NCBI GenBank assembly: GCA_963823665.1
Contig: CAWGMQ010000008.1
Location: forward strand, 832,001 to 896,000
Length of the DNA stretch: 64,000 nucleotides
DNA from: an uncultured Planctomycetota bacterium
Lineage (GTDB): Bacteria; Planctomycetota; Planctomycetia; Isosphaerales; Isosphaeraceae
Direction of reading: 5' to 3'
Position numbers and translations under genes: made by a program. The notes beneath the pieces are model-generated. The model saw only the letters and a list, made by a program, of their open reading frames with translations, did not search any database and was not told the origin of the DNA. Shown piece after piece: positions 1 to 10,776 of this stretch; positions within the stretch are counted from its first letter, which is position 1; the number at the start of each line of letters is the position of its first letter.

Positions 1-2
1 TC

Positions 3-854
3 ACGGAGATCCTGTCCGAGAATGATGCGCGAAGCTCCGCCGCGTTTCGAAGCGAAGTGCTCGACATGCTGAGCGTCGTGGACGAGCCGGAAATTGGTCC
101 GGCCGTGCTCAAGGCCTACGGAGGGCTCTCCGCCGAGATGAAGGCGAAGGCGGTGAATCTGCTCACCCACCGCGCGGAGTGGACGCGACCTCTCCTCGAA
201 CAGATCGCTCGCAAACAGATCCCCACTTCGGTGCTGAACGTCACGCAGCTTCGAAAGCTGCAGCAGAGCCGCGACCAACAGGTCGTCGAGCAGGTGAAGG
301 CCATCTGGGGATCAATCCGCGATCGGCGAGACCCGAGACGCGAGCGCGTCGCTGATCAAATTCGCACCCTCGTGCGCAAGACGCCCGGCAACCCGGTTTC
401 GGGCCAGGCGGTTTTCAAGCGGGTCTGCGCGCTCTGTCACAAGATTTACGGCGAAGGGCAGGATGTCGGTCCCGATTTGACCTCGAACGGCCGCAACGAC
501 TTTGATCAGCTCGTCTCGAACGTGTTTGACCCGAGCCTCGTGATCGGGCAGGGGTTTCAGGCGACCACGATCGCAACGACGGACGGACGCATCTTGAGCG
601 GTCTCCTGGTCGAGAACGGCAGCGCACGCGTGCTCCTCAGGCTTCAAGGCGGCAGCATCCAGACGATCCAGCGCGGCCAGATCGAGGAAATGAAGACGAG
701 CGAGCTATCGCTGATGCCCGATTCGTTTGATACACAGCTCACGGCCCAGGAAATCGCGGACCTTTCTGCGTTTCTGTCGCTTGATAAGCCTCCCTCCGAC
801 CCCAGTGCCAGGGCATTGTCAGGCTCGGGGCCGATGGTGCGATCGGGGAAATAG
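3..854 (+). CDS. C-terminal part of a PVC-type heme-binding (CxxCH) protein, 5'-truncated by the window edge
   Basis: Frame is open from base 3. Contains GQAVFKRVCALCH (CxxCH), VGPDL, FDPSLVI and SLMP motifs typical of the planctomycete putative heme-binding domain. Confidence 0.85.
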   Translation, partial: TEILSENDARSSAAFRSEVLDMLSVVDEPEIGPAVLKAYGGLSAEMKAKAVNLLTHRAEWTRPLLEQIARKQIPTSVLNVTQLRKLQQSRDQQVVEQVKAIWGSIRDRRDPRRERVADQIRTLVRKTPGNPVSGQAVFKRVCALCHKIYGEGQDVGPDLTSNGRNDFDQLVSNVFDPSLVIGQGFQATTIATTDGRILSGLLVENGSARVLLRLQGGSIQTIQRGQIEEMKTSELSLMPDSFDTQLTAQEIADLSAFLSLDKPPSDPSARALSGSGPMVRSGK

Positions 855-868
855 GAGGGCATTCACCG

Positions 869-1205
869 ATGGAGTACCTTGGCGAAATCGCCGCAGAGCC
901 CGATACTCCGGCCATCAGAAGGGAGGCGCTGGCTCGCGCTGATCGACGACGACCCGGCTCTCGAGCGCCCTCAGCCCAAAGAGGGAATCAACCCATTCAC
1001 GCGAAAGCCGATGCTTTACTGTTCGCCTCCAGATGCTGCCTGGGTGATCGTCGACGGCAAAAGAGTCGGATTGATGGGCTTTGCCGCGGACGGCTCGAGC
1101 AGCATATTGGTCGAGGGCGAGCGCGACCTGATGGTGCCGTTTGCCCAGCGCATCGCTGAGATCCTGGGTAGCCGTTTTGAGGAGCACCGCGCGGAAGACG
1201 CGTGA
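869..1205 (+). CDS. Small hypothetical protein, apparently split by a frameshift near 920-928
   Basis: GGAGG RBS precedes ATG 869 (MEYLGEIAAEPDTPAIRRE). Protein-like sequence continues in another frame (RWLALIDDDPAL...GINPFTRKP...) to the stop at 1205. Confidence 0.55.
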
Positions 1206-1283
1206 AACGGCGAAGCGAGCAACTGAGCGGATCGAGCGGATCGCAACGCTGCGGGTGCTTTGGACGCGTGCGGGAGTGCCCGC

Positions 1284-1330
1284 AAAAGGGGACAGGCACC
1301 GGCATCCTTGGCCGGAGCCAGTCCCCATTT
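1284..1330. repeat. REP-like imperfect inverted repeat (GGGGACAGGCACCGGC...GCCGGAGCCAGTCCCC)
   Basis: Hairpin visible in the sequence, located between convergent genes. Confidence 0.65.
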
Positions 1331-1456
1331 GCTTCCGGGTTCAGTGCAAGACCCGTCCGGAGTAAAATCCGTGAAATCGTTATATGTTGACTTTTTGGAA
1401 CTCGCACAGATCGGAGGTCCGATTATTCAGTCGTCGCCGCGTAAAAGGACAACCGC

Positions 1457-4400
1457 TCAGGTGCCCTTCGGCCGAATGAGGGCTTCCGCCTCCTCCCGCA
1501 GCACCTTCAAGTCCAGCCGTTCCACCCAGGGGAGTGCCGCGATGGCCTTCTCATCCTGGAGCGACAGGGCTTTGGTGAGAGACTTTCCTGCTTCATCGCG
1601 CTTCCCCAGGCGGTGCTGAGCCATGGCGAGGAACAGCCAGTCGTGAGGCGTGCCGCCCCGGCCAAAGAGTGCGATGGCCTCGTTCAGCTTCTGCACGGCC
1701 GCGTCGTACTTCCCGGCGCGGTACAGCGCGGCACCGAGCATTCCGGCAAACGGATGGTTCTGCGGAAAGGATGCGAGCGCTCTCTCGACCACGTGAAGCG
1801 GCGCGGTGGCATCGACCACCGCGGACGGGGCGAGCATGAGCGTGCGGGCGACGTCGAGGGAATCGACGAGATTCGTCATTTTTTCGGAGCGAACGAGCAA
1901 GGTGGCGCAAGCAGCGCGGTATCCATCCTTGTTCCCGCCGGCCAAGCGCACACGTGCGAGCGACGTCCATTCAAGGCGATCGTCCGGGGCAAGCTCGATC
2001 GCCTTGAGCAGGTCGGCGTCAGCCTTGCCCCATTGACCTAGCCCGCCATAGGCGTCGGCCCGATCTCGCCAGGCCGCCACGTCACCAGGAACCTTGTCGA
2101 TCACCCGCGAGAAGTCGGCAACCGCGTGCTCACCCTGGCCCACGCGCAGATAAAGTTTGCCGCGGCGAGTGTAGAAGGGCACGGCTTCGTCTTCGACGCC
2201 GGCGAGATGCTTCAGATGGAACCCGATGGCATACTCTTGCTTGGCGTCGGCGGCGGCTTCAGCCTCCTGGATGTGCCAGACCGGATCCGGTTTCTCGAAG
2301 CGGGCCAGACGTCGTTGCCGGGATTCGCTGGTTTCTTCGGTCGCATCCCACACCTTGACCGTGCTGTCATAGGAAGCGCTCGCCAGACGGCGGCCGTCCG
2401 GACTGAAGGCCACGCGCTTGACCGCCATGGTGTGTCCGCGCAGGGTGAGAATCTCCTGGCCGCGCGTCATTTCCCATACCTTCACCTCGCCGGGTTTACT
2501 GACACCATCCCCCCCACATGAAGCGAGGCGGCGGCCGTCCGGGCTGAAGGCCACCCCCAGGACATACTGAGTGTGACCGCGCAGGACATGGACCAGATTC
2601 CCGGTGGCTGTGTCCCATACAAGCACCGTACGGTCATACGATGCACCGGCCAGACGGCGGCCGTCTGGGCTGAACGCCACGCCGTCGATTTCGTTCGTGT
2701 GCTTCAGGGAAAGGACCTCGCTGCCTGTGGAAATGTCCCACACCTTCAAGAGCCCGTTAGCGCGTTCGGCGCTAGCCAGACGGCGGCCGTCCGGGCTGAA
2801 GGCCACTCCATGGCCAAAGCTGTTGCCTACGGGCAGGCTGAGGATTTCTTGACCGCTCGCGGAGTTCCAGACTTTCACCTCGCCCCACGCATGGGGTTTC
2901 CCCCCACGAGAGGCCAGGCGCGCACCGTCCGGGCTGAAGGCGACGCTCATGACCTCGCCGGTGTGCCCGCGCAGCGTATGGACCGCCTTGCCGGTGGCCG
3001 TGTCCCACACTTTCACCTCGCCGGGCTCGTTTAGCCGCCCTCCGCAAGAAGCCAGGCGCCGGCCGGCCGGGCTGAACGCCACTTCGCCGCCTAAGCCTAT
3101 GTCGCCGGCCAGGGTGAGCGTCTCCTTGCCAGTGGCGGCGTCCCACAACTTCACGATGCCGCCTCCTTCGCTAGCCAAGCGCAGGCCGTCGGGGCTGAAG
3201 GCCACGCCCTTGACAAAGTTGCTGTGTCCCCGCAGGGTCAGGCTCTCCGGGCTCGCGCTTGCATCCCAGAACTTCACCTCACCGACCGCGGGTTTGCGGG
3301 GCTCCTGGAACGTGCCGCCGGAGGCCAAGCGACGGCCGTCCGGGCTGAAGGCCAGTGCACCGGCCGCGCCGGAGTGTCCGCCCACGATGAAGTTTTCCTT
3401 CCCGGTGGCCGCATCCCATACCCGCACCGTCGCATCATGTGAGGCGCTCGCCAGGTGGCGCCCGTCCGGGCTGATGATCACGCGGCTGACCGTACCGGAG
3501 TGTCCTTCGAGAATCAGTAGTTCCTGGCCGGTAACCACGTCCCACACCTTCACCGTGCCTGTGCTGCCGAGTTCCAAGATGGCACCGAACGCGAGGCAGC
3601 GGCCGTCAGGGTGAAAAGCCACGTCGAAGGGAAGAGTCATGAGCGGCCCCCGTACGAGCCGCTCCTCCTTTCCCGTGCCCAAATCCCACACCTTCATTCC
3701 AGTGCCAAGAGAGGCCAGGCGGCGGCCGTCGGGGCTGAAGACAACGCGGCGGGCAGGTTGCATTTGCAACGTCCGCTCCTCCCGCCCGGTCGCCGCATCC
3801 CATACCTTCACGGTCCCGTCTTCCAAGGCGCTCGCCAGGCGACGGCCGTCAGGGCTGTAGGCCACGCTTCGGACCAAGCCGGTGTGCGCGGCCAGGGTCA
3901 GCATTTCCTTCCCTGTAGCTGTGTCCCACAACTTCACCTCACCCTGCCTCGGAGCCTGCGCTCCACCTGAGGCGAGGTGGCGGCCGTCCGGGCTGTATGC
4001 CACCCCCTCAACCCCCAGTGCATGCCCGCGCAGCGCCAGAATCAACTGCCCTGTGAGCGTGTCCCAGATCTTCACCTCGCCGGGGTTATAACCCCCGCAG
4101 GAGGCGAGGCGGCGGCCGTCAGGGCTGAAGGCCATGTCGGATACCACGATGGTGACGCCATAAACCCCGGTGTGCGCCGGAAACGTGAACAATTCGTTGT
4201 GGCTTTGCCGCCACCAGTAGTACCACTCGAAATTGCGCAGGTCCTCTCCGCCGGTCTTCTCTGGCCGTTGCCCTTCGAGTAGTTCATGCACCGAGCCGAC
4301 CTGGTTCTCCTCCCAGGCCCGTTGCACCAACCGCAGATCCGAAATGTAAGCGCGGTCGTTGGCCAGCCGCGCACTCGATTTTGCCACTCCCGCCTGCTCG

Positions 4401-5902
4401 TCGGCCCGGCCCTTCTGCACCAGTGCCTCCGCGGCCTTCGATTTCGCCACCTCGGTCTGTTCGTCGGCACGACCCTTCTGCTCCAGCGCCTCCGCGGCCT
4501 TCTGGTTGGCACGGATCGCGAGAAACGTCGCCAGCGCGGTGCCCACGACCAGAGATGCGAGCAGCGCCGCCGCGGCCGGCTTGCGCCGAACCCATTTGAG
4601 CCCCCGCTCGACCCGGCCCACCGGCTGCGCCAGGATCGGTTCATTTGCCTGGAAACGCCGCAGGTCCTCTGCGAGCGCGGCGGCCGTGGCGTAGCGCTTT
4701 CCCGGCTCCTTCGCCAGGCACTTCAGGCAGATCGTCTCCAGGTCACGCGGAATTGACGGATTGAGTCGCCGCGGCGACACCGGTTCGTCGCTGATGACCT
4801 GGATGACGGTGTCCATCGCCGTGGCCGCCTGGAACGGCGGCCGGCCGGTCAGCAGGGCATACAGGGTCGCACCCAGCGCATACACGTCGGCCGCCGGGCC
4901 AACCTCGCCGCGCTTTCCACCAGCCTGCTCCGGTGGCATGTAGCTGGGCGTGCCCATGATCTGGCCGGAGCCGGTCAGGCCGCTATCCCCCTGAATCTTC
5001 TTGGCCAGCCCGAAGTCGGTGACACGCGGGTTGCCGTTCTGATCGAGCAGGATATTGGCCGGCTTGAGATCGCGGTGAATGACCCCGTGCTGGTGGGCAT
5101 ACTCGATGGCCTCGCTCACGCGACGGATCATTTCGGCCGCTTCCCGAGCAGGCAGCGGTCCCTCCGCCAGGCGCTGGGAGAGGCTCTGCCCCTCGATGAA
5201 GCCCATCGAGAAGTAATGCTGCCCTTCGTGCTGGCCTACCTCGTAGATCGGGACGATCCCCGGATGGTCCAGGTTGGCAGCCGCCTCGGCCTCGGTGCGG
5301 AATCGCTTGACGTCATTGTCGTCGGCAAGCTGGCCCGCCAGGATCATTTTGAGCGCGACTGTGCGGTTGAGGCTCACCTGCCGCGCCCGGAATACGACGC
5401 CCATGCCGCCGCGGGCGATCTCGCGGACGATCTCGTAATCGCCGAAGTAGCGGATGCGGGTGGGTTCGGACGCGCCGCCAGTGGCCGATGGATGTTGGCC
5501 GAGCACCGCGGCGGTCGGCTGATCGTGGGCAGTTCGAGGCGGGTTGCTGGGTGGAACGGTCGCCTCTTCGTGAAGCGACGAGGGCGGCGGGCCAGGGGGG
5601 ATGGTCGGCGCTGCCGCGATCCTTGAAGGATTCGGTGCGGTCTGAAGCTCGGGAGCCGCGGGAGGAACTGCCTCAAGGCGCGCGACCGTCTCCTCCGACT
5701 GGCGCAATTCGCGTTCCAGGGCCTCCAACTCGGCCCGCAGCGCGGGCCGGGCTTCCTCCGAAACATCGATCAGATAGTCATCGATACGCGGTTCGCACCG
5801 CGCCCGCCAGTCGGCCTCGAACCGCCGGCAAATCTCATCAACGCGGCGAGCCAGGTCGATTTCCATGCCGCCGAGGTTCTCGCTAGGTCGGTCGCTCATC
5901 AT
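1457..5902 (-). CDS. Ser/Thr protein kinase (K1): N-terminal helical leader, Hanks kinase, TM/coiled coil, 14 WD40 repeats, C-terminal TPRs
   Basis: [24 protein letters not shown] and GTPSYMPPE motifs. Hydrophobic segment after RRKP. Fourteen [14 protein letters not shown] repeats, then a TPR-like tail. Confidence 0.95.
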   Translation of the reverse strand: MMSDRPSENLGGMEIDLARRVDEICRRFEADWRARCEPRIDDYLIDVSEEARPALRAELEALERELRQSEETVARLEAVPPAAPELQTAPNPSRIAAAPTIPPGPPPSSLHEEATVPPSNPPRTAHDQPTAAVLGQHPSATGGASEPTRIRYFGDYEIVREIARGGMGVVFRARQVSLNRTVALKMILAGQLADDNDVKRFRTEAEAAANLDHPGIVPIYEVGQHEGQHYFSMGFIEGQSLSQRLAEGPLPAREAAEMIRRVSEAIEYAHQHGVIHRDLKPANILLDQNGNPRVTDFGLAKKIQGDSGLTGSGQIMGTPSYMPPEQAGGKRGEVGPAADVYALGATLYALLTGRPPFQAATAMDTVIQVISDEPVSPRRLNPSIPRDLETICLKCLAKEPGKRYATAAALAEDLRRFQANEPILAQPVGRVERGLKWVRRKPAAAALLASLVVGTALATFLAIRANQKAAEALEQKGRADEQTEVAKSKAAEALVQKGRADEQAGVAKSSARLANDRAYISDLRLVQRAWEENQVGSVHELLEGQRPEKTGGEDLRNFEWYYWWRQSHNELFTFPAHTGVYGVTIVVSDMAFSPDGRRLASCGGYNPGEVKIWDTLTGQLILALRGHALGVEGVAYSPDGRHLASGGAQAPRQGEVKLWDTATGKEMLTLAAHTGLVRSVAYSPDGRRLASALEDGTVKVWDAATGREERTLQMQPARRVVFSPDGRRLASLGTGMKVWDLGTGKEERLVRGPLMTLPFDVAFHPDGRCLAFGAILELGSTGTVKVWDVVTGQELLILEGHSGTVSRVIISPDGRHLASASHDATVRVWDAATGKENFIVGGHSGAAGALAFSPDGRRLASGGTFQEPRKPAVGEVKFWDASASPESLTLRGHSNFVKGVAFSPDGLRLASEGGGIVKLWDAATGKETLTLAGDIGLGGEVAFSPAGRRLASCGGRLNEPGEVKVWDTATGKAVHTLRGHTGEVMSVAFSPDGARLASRGGKPHAWGEVKVWNSASGQEILSLPVGNSFGHGVAFSPDGRRLASAERANGLLKVWDISTGSEVLSLKHTNEIDGVAFSPDGRRLAGASYDRTVLVWDTATGNLVHVLRGHTQYVLGVAFSPDGRRLASCGGDGVSKPGEVKVWEMTRGQEILTLRGHTMAVKRVAFSPDGRRLASASYDSTVKVWDATEETSESRQRRLARFEKPDPVWHIQEAEAAADAKQEYAIGFHLKHLAGVEDEAVPFYTRRGKLYLRVGQGEHAVADFSRVIDKVPGDVAAWRDRADAYGGLGQWGKADADLLKAIELAPDDRLEWTSLARVRLAGGNKDGYRAACATLLVRSEKMTNLVDSLDVARTLMLAPSAVVDATAPLHVVERALASFPQNHPFAGMLGAALYRAGKYDAAVQKLNEAIALFGRGGTPHDWLFLAMAQHRLGKRDEAGKSLTKALSLQDEKAIAALPWVERLDLKVLREEAEALIRPKGT
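4376..4501 (-). repeat. Intragenic 63-bp tandem duplication (2 x 21 aa) in the coiled-coil region of K1
   Basis: [21 protein letters not shown] followed by [21 protein letters not shown]. Confidence 0.9.
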
Positions 5903-5989
5903 GATTCGGTCCTTGGTCCGATCTCGATCGGCTGCTTTCCGCGTGCAAAGGCCTGCCGAGGCCGATCGACGAAGACTCAGTACCAGGAA

Positions 5990-6033
5990 GATGTCCGATT
6001 CGCGCGCGATTGTGACATCGCGTTTGCGTTCAA
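5990..6033 (-). promoter_or_regulatory. Conserved upstream element of the kinase family (copy 1); putative ECF-type promoter or palindromic operator
   Basis: Minus strand reads TTGAACGCAAACGCGATGTCACAATCGCGCGCGAATCGGACATC. Related copies lie before three other kinase loci. Confidence 0.65.
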
Positions 6034-6348
6034 GCGTTCGCGGGTCCGAGGCTGTTCATCGCTTCGCTGAGCCCTACCGCGCTCATCGACGGCGATAGGG
6101 CGTTGGCCAGGCTGCGGAACCGGTACGAAAAAGCGGCACCGATTTTTTCTGATCGTGGGGGAGCCTGGCGGCTGCTGCGGTTATGGTTCAGCCCCTTGTT
6201 CGTCCGCGATGTTCTCCGTCTTTGGTGATCTAGGTCTTCTCCAGTGAGAAGGCCGACTCACTATTGACCATGGTGGCCGGCACTGGGAGGTGGCAAGGCA
6301 TTGGAACAGACTGCGCTGTTTGGGTCAACGACCGCCGCGGGCCACGAA

Positions 6349-6804
6349 ATGAGCAAGTACCGGATCAACTTTACGATTCACGATGACGTCGCTGTGTGTA
6401 TCACGACGTTCCTGGTGGCCCTGATTGCGACCGTGCTGTATTTAGCGTTCAACTTCTGGTATGGGCTAGGCAGCGGCGCCAAAATGTTTGCCTCTCTCCC
6501 TTGGTTGGTCCTGACAGTCCTCGGGTATCGACACCGTGCCCATTTCGCCTCGGGCGTCGTCGTGCTATTGGCGGGACTCGGCCTCGCCATCTTGGGGCTG
6601 ATCGAACTTAAACAGGTGTTCTTACGCCCCGCCGGCTGGACGGCGAAGGCGCTCACGCCGTTCATCATTCCCTTCGGTCAAATCCTGGGCTTGGGGTTGG
6701 CGGCCGTTCTGGCGGAGGTGTTGCGGCCCATGGGCGAGGGGAACAAGCTGTCACATGAGAAAGGCACCGATCCAGGCCCTGCACCAGATCGGCCGCACGA
6801 CTAA
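6349..6804 (+). CDS. Hypothetical membrane protein (about 4 TM)
   Basis: ORF with several hydrophobic helices; ATG at 6349. Confidence 0.6.
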   Translation: MSKYRINFTIHDDVAVCITTFLVALIATVLYLAFNFWYGLGSGAKMFASLPWLVLTVLGYRHRAHFASGVVVLLAGLGLAILGLIELKQVFLRPAGWTAKALTPFIIPFGQILGLGLAAVLAEVLRPMGEGNKLSHEKGTDPGPAPDRPHD

Positions 6805-6984
6805 TCTGCAATGTCTTCCTTGTCGGCCTTCTCGTTCACCATTCGTGTGTGTTAGGCGCTGGATATCGCGAAACCGATACCAAGGCCGATAAGCGAACCA
6901 ACGACGGAGGCGGGCGAAGCCGCGCATACAGTCAACCTTTGCAGACCGGTCGAACCGGTGATCATGGTGGCTTCTGACGGCAGA

Positions 6985-8115
6985 TCATCTGGCGGACCGC
7001 CTCGGATTCAGCAGGAGCGCGAGGTGAACGGTTGGGGAGCCTGTCTCGTAGCCCTGCGCGACGATCTGGCCACGGTCATTGATGCCCTCGGCAGTCGTGA
7101 TCACGAAGCCCGAGTCCGCGGGGATCTCGCTGTTCAGGTCGGCCATCCGTCCGTGCACGTCAATGAAGCCGTGAGACGCGTCAGTGCTGGTGAGCGAAGT
7201 ACCGACGACCGTTCCATTGTCATTGATCGCCGCCGCGATTGAATCCCGGCCGCCGAGCGTGCCCAGATCGGTCATCGTCCCGTTCCTGTCGACGAAAGCG
7301 TGCGTTGCCACGTTGTTCGCGGTATAAGAGTACCCGACCACGGCGCCGCGGTCATTGATCGCGTTGGCTGTCGAGTCCGTTCCGCCCAGCGTGCCGAGAT
7401 CACTCATCGTTCCGTCCCGATACAGGAAGGCGTGAAAAATCGCGGTGGGCGTACTCGAGCCGTTCGCAGCCGGCATAAGGGCGGTCGTCGAAAGGCCGAC
7501 CACGTCCCCGCTGTCGTTGATGTCTCGCGCGATGGAACCCAGGCCCGCGAGGGACCCCAGATTGATGTTCACCCCATTACGATGGATCAATGCGACGTAG
7601 CCGCCCGCGGAAAGTCCAGCTATTTCTCCGCCCGCGTTGATCGAGATCATCCCGCCCGCCGCGAAAGCCGGGTTGAGCGGCCCCAGATCTCTGAGCTTGC
7701 CGCCTCGCTCGATGAAGGCATCAACCTGCGGGTTGCCGGGGGCGATGTTCGACATTCCGACGATGACGCCCCTCGAGTTTATGCTCATGGCACCGGAAGT
7801 CGTTCCGCCGAGCGTGCCCAGATCGGTCATCCTGCCGCGGCTGTAGAGGAAGGCATGCGCTGCCGCGTTGTTGGCGGTCAGCGAGTACCCCACAACCTCG
7901 CCGCGATTGTTCACCTCCACAGGAACACTAGCCGTGCCGCCGAGCGAGCCCAGGTTGGTGATGGTGTAACTGAGCAACCGGCGATCCTCGAGCGGTTCCA
8001 TGCAAGGTGAACTCTTGGGGCGTCTCTTGAATGCGACCCCGCGGCGATCTGGCTCGATTCGCCGGCCGTTGAATGAGGATCTCACGTGTTGGATCAACGT
8101 CGATGCAGAAAACAT
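6985..8115 (-). CDS. HAF-repeat extracellular protein with a planctomycete LEPR-XLL-type N-terminal motif
   Basis: MEPLEDRRLLS motif. Repeated HAFLY...MTDLGTLGG..S.A.AIND.G.VVG units. Confidence 0.9.
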   Translation of the reverse strand: MFSASTLIQHVRSSFNGRRIEPDRRGVAFKRRPKSSPCMEPLEDRRLLSYTITNLGSLGGTASVPVEVNNRGEVVGYSLTANNAAAHAFLYSRGRMTDLGTLGGTTSGAMSINSRGVIVGMSNIAPGNPQVDAFIERGGKLRDLGPLNPAFAAGGMISINAGGEIAGLSAGGYVALIHRNGVNINLGSLAGLGSIARDINDSGDVVGLSTTALMPAANGSSTPTAIFHAFLYRDGTMSDLGTLGGTDSTANAINDRGAVVGYSYTANNVATHAFVDRNGTMTDLGTLGGRDSIAAAINDNGTVVGTSLTSTDASHGFIDVHGRMADLNSEIPADSGFVITTAEGINDRGQIVAQGYETGSPTVHLALLLNPRRSAR

Positions 8116-8131
8116 GGCCGTCCCCAGCCCT

Positions 8132-8713
8132 TCAAGGTTGCGGGAATGATTCGGAGGTTTGAATGTACTTCAGAGCATTCGGCACCGACTTCCGGCTCGA
8201 CAGTTCGTCAAGCGTTGCCTGCGTGGACAGGTCAGGCGCGTTCTCTGGAACACCGCCACGATAGCACTCGTCAAGAGGCAAGACCGGGGATCGATCCTCG
8301 GACAAACGGCCGATGCGGGGAGGTGGGTTCAGGGCATCGTTCGCGATCGTGTTGCGAGTGACGGGCGGGATGCTCGCGGTGGCGGGATCACCGGCGGGGG
8401 AGCCGACCGTGAATGCCCCTCCCGGACTCTCGCTCGATCCAGCCTTTCCCGTCGCGGCCAGATTGGGGCTGCCGGTGACGCTACCCGGCTGAGTATTGAA
8501 GATCCCACCGAGGCTCGTGATGGAGATCGATGTGGGGATGGCGGCGACGCTCAGCGAGCCGCCGGGGTTGGCGACGGCGGCGGGGTGGCGAATCATCAGG
8601 AAGTAACCACCGGAGGTCACCACGACAACGCCCAGATTGGCGATGACCGGCAGAAGACGATCTTCCAGCTCGCACGCTTGCAAATCGGGATGAAGCTTTC
8701 GAAGCGGATTCAT
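8132..8713 (-). CDS. Hypothetical protein with a LEPR-XLL-like export motif
   Basis: Starts MNPLRKLHPDLQACELEDRLLP, followed by an S/G/P/T-rich body; tandem with the HAF gene. Confidence 0.6.
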   Translation of the reverse strand: MNPLRKLHPDLQACELEDRLLPVIANLGVVVVTSGGYFLMIRHPAAVANPGGSLSVAAIPTSISITSLGGIFNTQPGSVTGSPNLAATGKAGSSESPGGAFTVGSPAGDPATASIPPVTRNTIANDALNPPPRIGRLSEDRSPVLPLDECYRGGVPENAPDLSTQATLDELSSRKSVPNALKYIQTSESFPQP

Positions 8714-9065
8714 TGTGTGAACTCCTGGTGTCTGGCGACCGGCGGTCGCCGACGCGACTCGCTTGAGGCCGAAGGCTGGCAAAACAAGGGCCGGCTCGCG
8801 TGCTTCAACGTTTCGGTCTAATGCCGCCTCAGTGGGTTACCTCTCCGACCTCCGCGAATCTACTCTATTAATCCCGATTGGTTGACGGCGCCCGAATCGG
8901 GGATGGTTCGATCAGGACTCACTTCTAATTAGATGTCCGTTACCGGCGCGATTGTGCCAATGCGTTTGCGATTTGGTCGGCGGCCGCGTACCGCTGAAGC
9001 CCGGGTCAACGCCGGCTTGTTTATGGAGGGTTCATGGCTCGGGTTTTGGCGCTACGGATCGGATC

Positions 9066-9087
9066 GTCAGGCTAAAGCCTGACCTAC
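9066..9087 (-). repeat. GTAG-type REP palindrome (GTAG-GTCAGGCTTTAGCCTGAC on minus strand)
   Basis: Stem GTCAGGCT/AGCCTGAC preceded by the GTAG tetranucleotide on the minus strand. Confidence 0.7.
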
Positions 9088-9146
9088 TTGATTCTGCGAT
9101 TCGCGGTTGGCGGAATGCGGGGCGCAGTGAACGTGCAACGCGCGGG

Positions 9147-9170
9147 CGGCACACGGAGTGTGCCTGCTAC
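9147..9170 (-). repeat. Second GTAG-type REP palindrome (GTAGCAGGCACACTCCGTGTGCCG on minus strand)
   Basis: Stem GGCACAC/GTGTGCC with a GTAG leader on the minus strand. Confidence 0.7.
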
Positions 9171-9452
9171 ACAGTGGCACCGGCACGGTACGGCGTCAGT
9201 CCCAACGCGACGGGGCAGTCGCGCCCGGGAAGGTCTTGCGCTCGTTGCCGGTGTCGGGCCGATGGCGCAACCGATCGTTGCGGCGATGCGACCTCGCCGA
9301 TTCCGTGATCTTTGTCACAACGGCACGCGAAACGAACATCTTTCTGGAAGTGGGTCCTTGTTAATCGGCTTGCGGGATGACCAAATACCGGACGACGCCT
9401 GGAGCGATCCAGGCCATCAACAATTGATTCGAGATGGCATAGGAGCTTCTCC

Positions 9453-10229
9453 ATGCCGCCCGCCTTCGCGTACATCCTCGAGGCGCTTTTCTCACTGCTG
9501 ACGCTGGTCGCGATAGCGCTCTTCGTCCAGGAAGCGGTGTTCCGCGTGCAGGCTGGACCGGTGCGATTCCGGCTTGCGATGGCGTCGTGGGCAAAGGGGC
9601 GAGGCGCTCTTGCGTATGGGTCATATCGGGGGCGAGGCGCCGCGGCGTACGGGTGGGTCAGGCTGTTTTTCGTCCTCGGAATACTCGGGACAGCCCTCAC
9701 CGTGACAACCAGGCGTCAACTGTTCATGGGCTCGCGATTGATGCTGCTGATCGCGCTTTTCCTGTGCGCCGTGACTTTCGGATTTCCGCGACGCCACGCG
9801 AAGCGGTGGCTGGTGCTCGCCTTGGGGTTATCCAGCCTGGTGATCGGGGCGGTCGTCGTGGCAGTCCGGCTGCTCGCACTCGACGCCGACGATAGCTCGG
9901 CCTACCACGTTCCCCCTGGTGTGCTCCTGCTCATTTGCACGGGGATGCTCTTCACGCTCGCTGCTGCGGTGTGTGAGGAGTCCGTTTTGGGAACTCGAGT
10001 GCGCGAACGTGGCATCCAGATGTTTTGCGCGACCACGCCATGGTCGCGGATCGCCGTGAAGCACTGGGACGCACGTGAAGACGGGTTTGCGCTCCATCTC
10101 ACCGTCCTCGGTCCGCGGCTCTTCGGCATGGGGCTCGAAGCCGAAAGTGAAGTCATCATTCCCGTGTCGGCTTCGGAGCGCCCCGCATTGGAAGCCTTTC
10201 TCGCCGCACACACCGCGGCCGCCGGGTAA
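9453..10229 (+). CDS. Hypothetical integral membrane protein
   Basis: AGGAG RBS, about 5 hydrophobic helices and a soluble C-terminal domain. Confidence 0.7.
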   Translation: MPPAFAYILEALFSLLTLVAIALFVQEAVFRVQAGPVRFRLAMASWAKGRGALAYGSYRGRGAAAYGWVRLFFVLGILGTALTVTTRRQLFMGSRLMLLIALFLCAVTFGFPRRHAKRWLVLALGLSSLVIGAVVVAVRLLALDADDSSAYHVPPGVLLLICTGMLFTLAAAVCEESVLGTRVRERGIQMFCATTPWSRIAVKHWDAREDGFALHLTVLGPRLFGMGLEAESEVIIPVSASERPALEAFLAAHTAAAG

Positions 10230-10284
10230 TCGCGGGCAGGCGTGAGGATTCCACCAGGTCTCCTTGTCCAGAGAAAGGAAGGCG

Positions 10285-10773
10285 ATGAGCGCGGAGAAGA
10301 ACAGCGGCGGAGCTCAGGGCGGCGAAGGCGAGGAGCCAGAAAAACAGGTCGATCCGGGACGTGACGATCGGCGAGTTGGGCGGATGCCGTTCTTGATACG
10401 CAGGCTCGGCGCTCTATTCCTGGTGGTGCAGGGGCTGGGCGGCCTTGCCTGGTGGATTGTTTTGCTGACCATCCCGACGTCACGACGATTCTTCCTCGCT
10501 CCTGGGGCGCCGGAAGTCACTCTGCTGGCGTTCGTGTTCGCGGATCTCTTGCTGTATGCCGGCGGCTCCCTTGCAGCGGCGTATGGGCTCTTTCGCTGCC
10601 GGCCGTGGGGCTGGCCGATTCTGTGCGTCCACGCGGGAGCGGCGGCGTACGCATCGCTCTACGTTTTGACCTTGGCGGCCTGGTCGGGTAGTGTAACAGC
10701 GGGAGCGGCTTTGATGGCACCGTCACTCGCCGTCCCGCCCTATCTGGCGTGGCGACTCCGCCCGGGGAGGTGA
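10285..10773 (+). CDS. Hypothetical membrane protein (about 4 TM)
   Basis: Hydrophobic ORF; start uncertain (10285 or 10384). Confidence 0.7.
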   Translation: MSAEKNSGGAQGGEGEEPEKQVDPGRDDRRVGRMPFLIRRLGALFLVVQGLGGLAWWIVLLTIPTSRRFFLAPGAPEVTLLAFVFADLLLYAGGSLAAAYGLFRCRPWGWPILCVHAGAAAYASLYVLTLAAWSGSVTAGAALMAPSLAVPPYLAWRLRPGR

Positions 10774-10776
10774 GTC

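Noticed and set aside
2340..4200. CRISPR-like regularly spaced repeats
   Set aside because: They are in-frame WD40 coding repeats with degenerate third positions and long spacing; no cas genes are present.
5977..6018. Conserved leader peptide MSQS... encoded by the ATGTCACA motif upstream of the kinases
   Set aside because: It gives 13-, 13- and 11-aa peptides at three loci but is fused in frame at K4, has no RBS and shows weak amino-acid conservation. A DNA-level motif is the simpler explanation, although a uORF is not fully excluded.
10771..10776. Stop-codon readthrough or selenocysteine at the in-frame TGA between 10285-10773 and 10777-11781
   Set aside because: A GGAGG RBS lies 6 nt before the TTG start, which fits two translationally coupled genes; no SECIS-like hairpin was recognised.
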